A stretch of DNA of 64,000 nucleotides from Isurus oxyrinchus (GCA_026770705.1 JANJGN010000021.1:99262001-99326000); one strand, 5' to 3'. Counted from the first letter of the stretch, positions 30,001 through 42,568 are shown. Program-made: numbers and translations. The notes: a model not told the origin generated them from the letters alone.

Positions 30001-30531
30001 AGCACTGACCCCTGGGTCACTCCACTCAGTCCATCTCCCAGCACTGACCCCTGGGTCGCTCCATTCAGCCCAACTGCCAACATCTGATCCCAGCGTGAAC
30101 CTCTCAGTCCATCTCCCAACACTGACCTCTAGGTCACTCCACTCAGTCCATCGCCCAGCATTAACCCCTGGGTCACTCCACTCAGCCCATCTCCTAGCTC
30201 TGACCCCATGATCACTTCATTCAGCCAATCTCCCAGCAATGACCCCTGGTTCACTCCACTCTGTCCATCACACAGCACTGGCCCCTGGCTCACGCGGTTC
30301 AGTCCATCTCCTAGCACTGACCACTGGGTTACTGCACTCAGTCCATCTCCCAGCACTGACCACTGAGTCACTCCACTCAGTCCATCTCCCAGCACTGACC
30401 ACTGAGTCACTCCACTCAGTCCATCTTCCAACACTGACCCCTGGTTTGCTCCACTCAGCCCAAGTCCCAACAGCTGATCCCAGGGTGAACCTCTCAGTCC
30501 ATCGCCCAGCACTGACCCCTGGGTAACTCCA
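1..30531. repeat. 39-bp tandem satellite, consensus CAGCACTGACCCCTGGGTCACTCCACTCAGTCCATCTCC, roughly 780 monomers, open at the left edge of the window
   Basis: Monomer visible throughout; the ORF track shows 13-aa periodic translations (GSVLGDGLSGVTQ, SLHSVHLPALTPG, WVTPLSPSPSTDP). Ends abruptly at ...gggtaactcca near 30531. Confidence 0.98.
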
Positions 30532-30534
30532 ATC

Positions 30535-33500
30535 CTTAACGAGCTGGGACTTAAATACTGTTGTTAACGTGCGGGGAATTAACTCCTGTCGTTAACGTGC
30601 TGGGAATTAACTCCTGTCCTTAACGTGCTGGGAATTAACTCCTGTCATTAACGCGCTGGGACTTAACTCCTGTCGTTAACGCGCTGGGAATTAACTCCTG
30701 TCGTTAACGCGCCGGGAATTAACTCCTGTCGTTAACGCGCTGGGAATTAACTCCTGTAATTAACACGCTGGGAATTAACTCCTGTCGTTAATGCGCTGGG
30801 ACTTAACTCCTGTCGTTAACACGCTGGAAATTAACTCCTGTAATTAACGCGCTGGGAATTAACTCCTGTCGTTAAAGTGTGGGGAATTAACTCCTGTCGT
30901 TAACTTGCTGGGAATTAACTCCTGTCGTTAACGCGCTGGGAATTAACTCCTGTAATTAACGCGCTGGGAATTAACTCCTGTTGTTAACGCGCTGTGACTT
31001 AACTCCTGTCGTTAACGTGCTGGGAATTAACTCCTGTAATTAACGCGCTGGGAATTAACTCCTGTCGTTAACGCGCTGTGACTTAACTCCTGTCGTTAAC
31101 GTGCTGGGAATTAACTCCTGTAATTAACGCGCTGGGAATTAACTCCTGTCGTTAACGCGCTGTGACTTAACTCCTGTCGTTAACGTGCTGGGAATTAACT
31201 CCTGTAATTAACGCGCTGGGAATTAACTCCTGTCGTTAACGTGTGGGGAATTAACTCCTGTCTTTAATGCGCGGGGAATTAACTCCTGTCATTAACGCGC
31301 GGGGAATTAACTCCTGTCGTTAACGCGCTGGGAATTAACTCCTGTCGTTAACGCGCTGGGAATTAACTCCTGTCGTTAATACGCTGGGAATTAACTCCTG
31401 TCGTTAACGTGTGGGGAATTAACTCCTGTCGTAAAGTGCTGGGAACTAACTCCTGTCGTTAACGTGTGGGGAATTAACTCCTGTCGTTAACGTGCGGGGA
31501 ATTAACTCCTGTCGTTAACGTGCTGGGAATTAACTCCTGTCGTTAACGTGTGGGGAATTAACTCCTGTCGTTAACGCGCTGGGACTTAACTCCTGTCGTT
31601 AACGCACGGGGAATTAACTCCTGTCGTTAACGTGCTGGGAATTAACTCCTGTCGTTAACGTGCGGGGAATTAACTCCTGTCGTTAACGTGCTGGGAATTA
31701 ACTCCTGTCATTGACGTGCGGGGAATTAACTCCTGTCGTTAACGTGCTGGGAATTAACTCCTGTCGTTAACGTGTGGGGAATTAACTCCTGTCGTTAACG
31801 TGCTGGGAATTAACTCCTGTCATTAACATGTGGGGAATTAACTCCTATCGTTAACGTGCGGGGAATTAACTCCTGTCGTTAACGTGCTGGGAATTAACTC
31901 CTGTTGTTAACGCGCGGGGAATTAACTCCTGTCGTTAATGCGCGGGGAATTATCTCCTGTCGTTAACGTTCGGGGAATTAATTCCTGTCGTTAACGCGCT
32001 GGGAATTAACTCCTGTCGTTAACGTGTGGGGAATTAACTCCTGTCGTTAACGTCCTGGGAATTAACTCCTGTCGTTAACGCGCGGGGAATTAACTCCTGT
32101 CGTTAACGCACTGGGAATTAACTCCTGTCGTTAATGTGCGGGGAATTAACTCCTGTCGTTAACGTGCTGGGAATTAACTCCTGTCGTTAACGTGCGGGGA
32201 ATTAACTCATGTCGTTAAGGTGCTGTGGGAATTAACTCCTGTCGTTAACGTGCTAGGAATTAACTCCTGTCGTTAAGGTGCAGGGAATTAACTCCTGTCG
32301 TTAACGCGCTGGGAATTAACTCCAGTCAATAACATGCTAAGATTTAACTCCTGTCATTAACGTGCGGGGAATTAACTCCTGTCCTTAATGTGCTTGGAAT
32401 TAACTTCTGTTGGTAATGTGCGGGGAATTAACCCCGGTTTTTAACGTCTCGGGAACATACTCCTGTCGTTAACCTGTTGGGAGTTAGCTCCTGTCGTTAA
32501 CGTGCGGGAAATTAACTCCTGTCATTAACGTGCTGGGAATTAACTCCTGCTGTTAACGTGCGGGGAATTAATTCCTGTCTTTAACGCGCTGGGAATGAAC
32601 TGTCATTAATGCGCTGGGAATTAACTCCTGTCATTAACGTGCGGGGAATTAACTCCTGTCATTAACGCGCAGGGAATTAATTCCTGTCGTTAACGTGCAG
32701 GGAATTAACTCCTGTCGTTAACGTGCTGGGAATTAACTCCTGTCGTTAACATGCGGGGAATTAACTCCTGTCGTTAATGCGCGGGGAATTATCTCCTGTC
32801 GTTAACGTTCGGGGAATTAATTCCTGTCGTTAATGCGCTGGGAATTAACTCCTGTCGTTAACGTGTGGGGAATTAACTCCTGTCATTAACGTGCTGGTAA
32901 TTAACTCCTGTCCTTAATGTGCTTGGAATTAACTTCTGTTGGTAACGTGCGGGGAATTAACTCCCGTCGTTAATGTGTGGGGAATTAACTCCTGTCGTTA
33001 TCGTGCTGGGAATTAACTCCTGTCGTTAACGTGCTGGGAATTAACTCCTGTCATTAACGTGCGGGGAATTAACTCCTGTCCTTAACGTGCTGGGAATTAA
33101 CTCCTGTCATTAACGCGCTGGGACTTAACTCCTGTCGTTAACGCGCTGGGAATTAACTCCTGTCGTTAACGCGCTGGGAATTAACTCCTGTCGTTAACGC
33201 GCTGGGAATTAACTCCTGTAATTAACGCGCTGGGAATTAACTCCTGTCGTTAATGCGCTGGGACTTAACTCCTGTAGTTAATGCGCTGGGAATTAACTCC
33301 TGTCGTTAACGTGCTGGGAATTAACTCCTGTCGTTAACGTGCGGGGAATTAACTCCTGTCGTTAACGTGCTGGGAATTAACTCCTGTCATTGGCGTGCGG
33401 GGAATTAACTCCTGTCGTTAACGTGCTGGGAATTAACTCCTGTCGTTAACGTGTGGGGAATTAACTCCTGTCGTTAACGTGTGGGGAATTAACTCCTGTC

Positions 33501-36500
33501 GTTAACGTGCTGGGAATTAACTCCTGTCATTAACATGTGGGGAATTAACTCCTGTTGTTAACGCGCGGGGAATTAACTCCTGTCGTTAATGCGCGGGGAA
33601 TTATCTCCTGTCGTTAACGTTCGGGGAATTAATTCCTGTCGTTAACGCGCTGGGAATTAACTCCTGTCGTTAACGTGCGGGGAATTAACTCATGTCGTTA
33701 AGGTGCTGTGGGAATTAACTCCTGTCGTTAACGTGCTAGGAATTAACTCCTGTCGTTAAGGTGCTGGGAATTAACTCCTGTCGTTAACGCGCTGGGAATT
33801 AACTCCAGTCAATAACATGCTAGGATTTAAATCCTGTCATTAACGTGCGGGGAATTAACTCCTGTCCTTAATGTGCTTGGAATTAACTTCTGTTGGTAAT
33901 GTGCGGGGAATTAACCCCGGTTTTTAACGTCTCGGGAACTTACTCCTGTCGTTAACCTGTTGGGAGTTAGCTCCTGTCGTTAACGTGCGGGAAATTAACT
34001 CCTGTCATTAACGTGCTGGGAATTAACTCCTGCTGTTAACGTGCGGGGAATTAATTCCTGTCTTTAACGCGCTGGGAATGAACTGTCATTAATGCGCTGG
34101 GAATTAACTCCTGTCATTAACGTGCGGGGAATTAACTCCTGTCATTAACGCGCAGGGAATTAATTCCTGTCGTTAACGTGCAGGGAATTAACTCCTGTCG
34201 TTAACGTGCTGGGAATTAACTCCTGTCGTTAACATGCGGGGAATTAACTCCTGTCGTTAATGCGCGGGGAATTAACTCCTATCGTTAACGTGTGGGGAAT
34301 TAACTCCTGTCATTAACGTGCTGGTAATTAACTCCTGTCCTTAATGTGCTTGGAATTAACTTCTGTTGGTAACGTGCGGGGAATTAACTCCCGTCGTTAA
34401 TGTGTGGGGAATTAACTCCTGTCGTTATCGTGCTGGGAATTAACTCCTGTCGTTAACGTGCTGGGAATTAACTCCTGTCATTAACGTGCGGGGAATTAAC
34501 TCCTGTCCTCAACGTGCTGGGAATTAACTCCTGTCATTAACGCGCTGGGACTTAACTCCTGTCGTTAACGCGCTGGGAATTAACTCCTGTCGTTAACGCG
34601 CTGGGAATTAACTCCTGTCGTTAACGCGCTGGGAATTAACTCCTGTAATTAACGCGCTGGGAATTAACTCCTGTCGTTAATGCGCTGGGACTTAACTCCT
34701 GTCGTTAACGCGCTGGGAATTAACTCCTGTCGTTAACGTGCTGGGAATTAACTCCTGTCGTTAACGTGCGGGGAATTAACTCCTGTCGTTAACGTGCTGG
34801 GAATTAACTCCTGTCATTGACGTGCGGGGAATTAACTCCTGTCGTTAACGTGCTGGGAATTAACTCCTGTCGTTAACGTGCTGGGAATTAACTCCTGTCG
34901 TTAACGTGTGGGGAATTAACTCCTGTCGTTAACGTGCTGGGAATTAACTCCTGTCATTAACATGTGGGGAATTAACTCCTGTCGTTAACGTGCTGGGAAT
35001 TAACTCCTGTTGTTAACGCGCGGGGAATTAACTCCTGTCGTTAATGCGCGGGGAATTATCTCCTGTCGTTAACGTTCGGGGAATTAATTCCTGTCGTTAA
35101 CGCGCTGGGAATTAACTCCTGTCGTTAACGTGTGGGGAATTAACTCCTGTCGTTAACGCCCTGGGAATTAACTCCTGTCGTTAACGTCCTGGGAATTAAC
35201 TCCTGTAATTAACGCGCTGGGAATTAACTCCTGTTGTTAACGCGCTGTGACTTAACTCCTGTCGTTAACGTGCTGGGAATTAACTCCTGTAATTAACGCG
35301 CTGGGAATTAACTCCTGTCGTTAACGCGCTGTGACTTAACTCCTGTCGTTAACGTGCTGGGAATTAACTCCTGTAATTAACGCGCTGGGAATTAACTCCT
35401 GTCGTTAACGTGCTGGGACTTAACTCCTGTCTTTAACGTGCGGGGAATTAACTCCTGTCGTTAACGTGCGGGGAATTAACTCCTGTCGTTAATACGCTGG
35501 GAATTAACTTCTGTCGTTAACGTGTGGGGAATTAACTCCTGTCGTAAAGTGCTGGGAACTAACTCCTGTCGTTAACGTGTGGGGAATTAACTCCTGTCGT
35601 TAAAGCGCTGGGAATTAACTCCTGTCGTTAACGTGCAGAGAATTAACTCCTGTCGTTAACACGCTGGGAATTAACTCCTGTCGTTAACGTGCTGGGAATT
35701 AACTCCTGTCGTTAACGTGCTGGGAACTAATTCCTGTCGTTAACGTGTGGGGAATTAACTCCTGTCGTTAACGCGCTGGGACTTAACTCCTGTCGTTAAC
35801 GCACGGGCAATTAACTCCTGTCGTTAACGTGCTGGGAATTAACTCCTGTCGTTAACGTGCGGGGAATTAACTCCTGTCGTTAACGTGCTGGGAATTAACT
35901 CCTGTCATTGACGTGCGGGGAATTAACTCCTGTCGTTAACGTGCTGGGAATTAACCCCTGTCGTTAACGTGCTGGGAATTAACTCCTGTCGTTAACGTGT
36001 GGGTAATTAACTCCTGTCGTTAACGTGCTGGGAATTAACTCCTGTCATTAACATGTGGGGAATTAACTCCTGTCGTTAACGTGCGGGGAATTAACTCCTG
36101 TCGTTAACGCGCTGGGAATTAACTCCAGTCGTTAACGCGCGGGGAATTAACTCCTGTCGTTAATGCGCGGGGAATTATCTCCTGTCGTTAACGTTCGGGG
36201 AATTAATTCCTGTCGTTAACGCGCTGGGAATTAACTCCTGTCGTTAACGTGTGGGGAATTAACTCCTGTCGTTAACGTCCTGGGAATTAACTCCTGTCGT
36301 TAACGCGCGGGGAATTAACTCCTGTCGTTAACGCACTGGGAATTAACTCCTGTCGTTAACGTGCGGGGAATTAACTCCTGTCGTTAACGTGCTGGGAATT
36401 AACTCCTGTCGTTAACGCGCTGGGACTTAACTCCTGTCGTTAATGCGCGGGGAATTAACTCCTGTCGTTAACGCGCTGTGACTTAACTCCTGTCGTTAAC

Positions 36501-39500
36501 GTGCTGGGAATTAACTCCTGTAATTAACGCGCTGGGAATTAACTCCTGTCGTTAACGTGCTGGGACTTAACTCCTGTCTTTAACGTGCGGGGAATTAACT
36601 CCTGTCGTTAACGTGCGGGGAATTAACTCCTGTCGTTAATACGCTGGGAATTAACTTCTGTCGTTAACGTGTGGGGAATTAACTCCTGTCGTAAAGTGCT
36701 GGGAACTAACTCCTGTCGTTAACGTGTGGGGAATTAACTCCTGTCGTTAAAGCGCTGGGAATTAACTCCTGTCGTTAACGTGCAGAGAATTAACTCCTGT
36801 CGTTAACACGCTGGGAATTAACTCCTGTCGTTAACGTGCTGGGAATTAACTCCTGTCGTTAACGTGCTGGGAACTAATTCCTGTCGTTAACGTGTGGGGA
36901 ATTAACTCCTGTCGTTAACGCGCTGGGACTTAACTCCTGTCGTTAACGCACGGGCAATTAACTCCTGTCGTTAACGTGCTGGGAATTAACTCCTGTCGTT
37001 AACGTGCGGGGAATTAACTCCTGTCGTTAACGTGCTGGGAATTAACTCCTGTCATTGACGTGCGGGGAATTAACTCCTGTCGTTAACGTGCTGGGAATTA
37101 ACCCCTGTCGTTAACGTGCTGGGAATTAACTCCTGTCGTTAACGTGTGGGTAATTAACTCCTGTCGTTAACGTGCTGGGAATTAACTCCTGTCATTAACA
37201 TGTGGGGAATTAACTCCTGTCGTTAACGTGCGGGGAATTAACTCCTGTCGTTAACGCGCTGGGAATTAACTCCAGTCGTTAACGCGCGGGGAATTAACTC
37301 CTGTCGTTAATGCGCGGGGAATTATCTCCTGTCGTTAACGTTCGGGGAATTAATTCCTGTCGTTAACGCGCTGGGAATTAACTCCTGTCGTTAACGTGTG
37401 GGGAATTAACTCCTGTCGTTAACGTCCTGGGAATTAACTCCTGTCGTTAACGCGCGGGGAATTAACTCCTGTCGTTAACGCACTGGGAATTAACTCCTGT
37501 CGTTAACGTGCGGGGAATTAACTCCTGTCGTTAACGTGCTGGGAATTAACTCCTGTCGTTAACGCGCTGGGACTTAACTCCTGTCGTTAATGCGCGGGGA
37601 ATTAACTCCTGTCGTTAATGTGCTGGGAATTAACTCCTGTCGTTAACGTGCGGGGAATTAACTCCTGTCGTTAACGTGCTGGGAATTAACTCCTGTCATT
37701 GACGTGCGGGGAATTAACTCCTGTCGTTAACGTGCTGGGAATTAACCCCTGTCGTTAACGTGCTGGGAATTAACTCCTGTCGTTAACGTGTGGGTAATTA
37801 ACTCCTGTCGTTAACGTGCTGGGAATTAACTCCTGTCATTAATATGTGGGGAATTAACTCCTGTCGTTAACGTGCTGGGAATTAACTCCTGTCGTTAACG
37901 CGCTGGGAATTAACTCCAGTCGTTAACGCGCGGGGAATTAACTCCTGTCGTTAATGCGCGGGGAATTATCTCCTGTCGTTAACGTTCGGGGAATTAATTC
38001 CTGTCGTTAACGCGCTGGGAATTAACTCCTGTCGTTAACGTGTGGGGAATTAACTCCTGTCGTTAACGTCCTGGGAATTAACTCCTGTCGTTAACGTGCT
38101 GGGAATTAACTCCTGTCGTTAACGTGCGGGGAATTAACTCATGTCGTTAAGGTGCTGTGGGAATTAACTCCTGTCGTTTAACGTGCTAGGAATTAACTCC
38201 TGTCGTTAAGGTGCTGGGAATTAACTCCTGTCGTTAACGCGCTGGGAATTAACTCCAGTCAATAACATGCTAGGATTTAAATCCTGTCATTAACGTGCGG
38301 GGAATTAACTCCTGTCCTTAATGTGCTTGGAATTAACTTCTGTTGGTAATGTGCGGGGAATTAACCCCGGTTTTTAACGTCTCGGGAACATACTCCTGTC
38401 GTTAACCTGTTGGGAGTTAGCTCCTGTCGTTAACGTGTGGGGAATTAACTCCTGTCGTTAACGTCCTGGGAATTAACTCCTGTCGTTAACGTGCTGGGAA
38501 TTAACTCCTGTCGTTAACGTGCGGGGAATTAACTCATGTCGTTAAGGTGCTGTGGGAATTAACTCCTGTCGTTTAACGTGCTAGGAATTAACTCCTGTCG
38601 TTAAGGTGCTGGGAATTAACTCCTGTCGTTAACGCGCTGGGAATTAACTCCAGTCAATAACATGCTAGGATTTAAATCCTGTCATTAACATGCGGGGAAT
38701 TAACTCCTGTCCTTAATGTGCTTGGAATTAACTTCTGTTGGTAATGTGCGGGGAATTAACCCCGGTTTTTAACGTCTCGGGAACATACTCCTGTCGTTAA
38801 CCTGTTGGGAGTTAGCTCCTGTCGTTAACGTGCGGGAAATTAACTCCTGTCATTAACGTGCTGGGAATTAACTCCTGCTGTTAACGTGCGGGGAATTAAT
38901 TCCTGTCTTTAACGCGCTGGGAATGAACTGTCATTAATGCGCTGGGAATTAACTCCTGTCATTAACGTGCGGGGAATTAACTCCTGTCATTAACGCGCAG
39001 GGAATTAATTCCTGTCGTTAACGTGCAGGGAATTAACTCCTGTCGTTAACGTGCTGGGAATTAACTCCTGTCATTAACGTGCTGGCTATTAACTCCTGTC
39101 GTTAACGCGCTGGGAATTAACTCCTGTCGTTAACGTGCTGGGAATTAACTCCTGTCGTTAACATGCGGGGAATTAACTCCTGTCGTTAATGTGCTGGGAA
39201 TTAACTCCTGTCGTTAAGGTGCTGGGAATTAACTCCTGTCGTTAACGCGCTGGGAATTAACTCCAGTCAATAACATGCTAGGATTGAACTCCTGTCGTTA
39301 ACGTGCGGGGAATTAACTCCTGTCATTAACGTGCTGGTAATTAACTCCTGTCCTTAATGTGCTTGGAATTAACTTCTGTTGGTAATGTGCGGGGAATTAA
39401 CCCCGGTTTTTAACGTCTCGGGAACTTACTCCTGTCGTTAACCTGTTGGGAGTTAGCTCCTGTCATTAACGTGCGGGAAATTAACTCCTGTCATTAACTT

Positions 39501-40710
39501 GCTGGGAATTAACTCCTGCTGTTAACGTGCGGGGAATTAATTCCTGTCTTTAACGCGCTGGGAATGAACTGTCATTAACGCGCTGGGAATTAACTCCTGT
39601 CGTTAACGTGCGGGGAATTAACTCCTGTCATTAACGCGCTGGGAATTAACTCCTGTCGTTAACGCGCAGGGAATTAACTCCTGTCGTTAATGTGCTGGTA
39701 ATTAACTCCTGTCATTAACGTGCTGGGAATTAACTCCTGTCGTTAACGTGCTGGGAATTAACTCCTGTCGTTAACGTGCTGGGAATTAACTCCTGTCATT
39801 AACATGTGGGGAATTAACTCCTGTTGTTAACGTGCTGGGAATTAACTCCTGTCGTTAACGTGTGGGGAATTAACTCCTGTCGTTAACGTGCGGGGAATTA
39901 ACTCCTGTCATTAACGTTCTGGGAATTAACTCCTGTCATTAGCATGTGGGGAATTAACTCCTGTCGTTAACGCGCTGGGAATTAATTCCTATCGTTAACG
40001 CGCTGGTAATTAACTCCTGTCGTTAACGCGCGGGGAATTAACTCCTGTCGTTAACGCACTGGGAATTAACTCCTGTCGTTAACGCGCTGGGAATTAACTC
40101 CTGTCGTTAACGTGCGGGGAATTAACTTCTGTCGTTAACGTGCGGGGAATTAACTCCTGTCATTAACGTGCTGGGAATTAACTCCTATCTTCAACCTGCT
40201 GGTAATTAACTCCTGTCATTAATGTTCCGGGAATAAACTCCTGTCTTTAACGTGCTGGGAACTTCTCCTGTTGTTAATATGCTGGGAATTAACTCCTGTC
40301 GTTAACATTTTGGGAATTAACTCCTGTCATTAATGCTCTGGGAATTAACCCCTTTTGTTAATGTGCTGGGAATTAACTCCTGTTAACGCACTGGGAATTA
40401 ACTCCTGTCATTAACATTCCGGGAATAAACTCTTGTCATTAATGCTCTGGGAATTAACCCCTGTTGTTAACGAACTGGGAATTAGCTCCTGTCGTTAACG
40501 TGCATTGATGTAACACCTGTCGTTAACGAGCTTGGAATTGACTCCTGTCGTTAACGTGCTGGGAATTACCTCCTGTTGTTAACGTGCTGGGAATTGACTC
40601 CTGTCGTTGGCATGCCTGCAATTACCCCCTTTCATGAACCTATTTGAAATGATCTACTTTCGTTAGCTTGCTGCTAATTAACTCCTCTTGATGTGCTTGG
40701 AAGTTAAATC
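30535..40710. repeat. 28-bp tandem satellite, consensus GTTAACGTGCTGGGAATTAACTCCTGTC, roughly 360 monomers, decaying from about 40180
   Basis: Period counted directly (e.g. line 31321). Two TTAA per monomer give stops on both strands, matching the absence of ORFs from 30526 to 41316. Confidence 0.98.
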
Positions 40711-40795
40711 TGCATTGAGGAACGATCTCGAGGGGCAATGTGATGTTCTCATGCTGCTCCTCCTTGTGGACACACCAATCTTTTTCCCCTGAAAG

Positions 40796-40963
40796 AGTTT
40801 TTGTCGGTTCAGACCCTCACTGAGTGCAGTTGTCAGGTTGACAAGTTTATCTCTGCCCAGGTTGGATTTGATATTGTTTCCAAGTTGCCAAGCACACGGA
40901 CTTTATGATTGATGGGAAATATCTCCATTCTACTTACAGGTGCCTGAGCTGGTTGGAGAATAG
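40796..40963 (+). other. Candidate last two coding exons of an unidentified gene (40796-40860 and 40940-40963; xFLSVQTLTECSCQVDKFISAQ|VPELVGE*)
   Basis: Acceptor tttttcccctgaaag, donor CAG|gttgga, 79-bp intron, acceptor ctccattctacttacag, in-frame join to TAG. No homology recognised and the donor is weak. Confidence 0.25.
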
Positions 40964-41249
40964 AGCGTTGTGCAGGTTCTAACGTGTGCTTTTCACGCCA
41001 GAGCTCTGTATATCAGCATAGCTTGGTGCAAGCAAATTATCAAACCACCAGCAGGGCAGACGTTAAGTTGTACAATTTAATTCAGCTCTTATAAATTAAG
41101 GTACATTATAGCAAAGTATCATGTCTGTAACCAAGATGGAGCTGGGGCCTTCCAGCCAGCAGAGAATAGAAAACCAAATAGTAAAGTATATGTCTTGGAA
41201 TCTTACTGTGCCTGGAATCTGCTAGCTATCAGATTGTTATGAGCCTCTC

Positions 41250-42135
41250 TGCCGCGTCATACCCTCACAATGGCCTTTGCATGTAGCTCCACGGCATCCC
41301 TGGCCCTGATCTCCATTGTCTTCACTGTCCTCATCATCAGAGGAGACATCTCAGTCCTGCATATCTCCCTCAGCCAAGACATTCCCCCTTTGTAATTCTA
41401 ATTTGTGCAGGGAACAGCGCACGATGATGATCCTGGACAGTCTGGGTGGTGAGTATTGGAGAGCCCCGCCTGAGTGGTCCAAACATCTAAACCTCATCTT
41501 TAGGAGGTCTATCATCTGCTCAATGGTGGGCATTGTGGAGACATGTGCAGTATCATCGGTCTCCTCAGCAGCACTGTGTGGGTGGCGAAGTGGTGTCATC
41601 AGACAGATTTTTTGGGGGTATCCCTTGTGCCCAAGGAGCCAGCCCTGCAATCACCAAGATCCATCAAAAAGCTATGACATCTGGGAGTAGGTGTCATGAG
41701 AGCTTCCTGGGAACTGAGCACAAACGTGCAGGATTTCTCTGTTGTGATCACATATCAGCTGCATATTTCCTATTGAAGAATGTGACCGGCTGTTGCAAGG
41801 GAGATCTCAAGGCCACATGTGTGCAGTGAGTTATTCCCAGCTGCAAATCCCAACGCTCTTGAAGCCTGGTATTCCAGACCCAATTGCTGCGCTGTCCTGA
41901 ACAGGGAATCTGTCACCTCCTGGATGTGCTTGTGTGTCACTGACTGGGAGATGCCACACAGGCCCTCCGTGGAGTCCTGGAAGGAAGTTTAAGTGACTGT
42001 GACATTTAATGCCACTGGCATGGGATTGTCTCCAAGTCCTTGCAGCCACAGCTCATCTAAGAGAAGCTGACAGATGTGTGCAACCAAATTCTGGGACATT
42101 CTAAGGTGCCTCCGGCATTGCCTTTCATTCATCTG
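41250..42135 (-). mobile_element. Degenerate PIF/Harbinger (HARBI1-like) transposase remnant
   Basis: ORF 41351-41650 has GWLLG(H)KGYP...LKMRFRCLDHSGGALQYSP; upstream frames give CTHVALR, FPGSSHD and QCRRHLRMSQNLVAHIC. Frameshifted, with the catalytic-motif D replaced by H. Confidence 0.9.
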
Positions 42136-42141
42136 TAGACA

Positions 42142-42318
42142 GGAACATAGGAGCAGGAGTAGGTCATTCGGCCCCTCGAGCCTGCTTCACCACTTAACTA
42201 GATCATGGCTGATCTTCTATCTCAACCCCACCTCCCTGCACTGTCCCCGTATCCCTTAATGTCATTCGTATCTATAAACCTATTGACCTCTGCTTTAAAC
42301 ATACTCAGTGACGGAGCC
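42142..42318 (-). mobile_element. CR1-type LINE 3' terminal fragment
   Basis: aacataggagcaggagtaggtcattcggcccctcgagcctgc...gatcatggctgatc, the same 3' end as the long CR1 at 46928. Confidence 0.8.
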
Positions 42319-42568
42319 TGGTTCCCATCCAGTTGCCTGATAATTATTAGGGTGTCCCTTTGTTCGGTCAATTGTGCTGACCCTGAACTCCATCCACGGG
42401 AAAAGACCCTCCCTCCACTTAGCGATTTGCTTATTTCAAAAGCAATTTCTTTAATGGCTGGGGCAAAAAATTTGTAAAGGCAGAGGCCCTGGTGATTTAC
42501 TAGAAATCACCTGATGAAGATTAGCTTTATGTTTTGAACTTGTGTTTTTGAACTCAGTTGGAAATCAG

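Noticed and set aside
163-30526. Hundreds of ORFs up to 363 aa with 13-aa repeats (mucin-like or Pol II CTD-like SP repeats)
   Set aside because: They occur in several frames on both strands because the monomer is 39 bp, are broken by frequent stops and frameshifts, and have no unique flanking domain.
30535-40710. CRISPR-like array (28-bp, partly palindromic repeat)
   Set aside because: Repeats are head-to-tail with no unique spacers, there are no cas genes, and the context is vertebrate.
41046-41062. CTCF site ccaccagcagggcagac at the satellite boundary
   Set aside because: Several mismatches to the CCASYAGRKGGC core; cannot be supported without a matrix scan.
41351-41650. Domesticated HARBI1 gene
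   Set aside because: Frameshifts, stops, a mutated catalytic motif and a second decayed copy nearby indicate transposon remnants.
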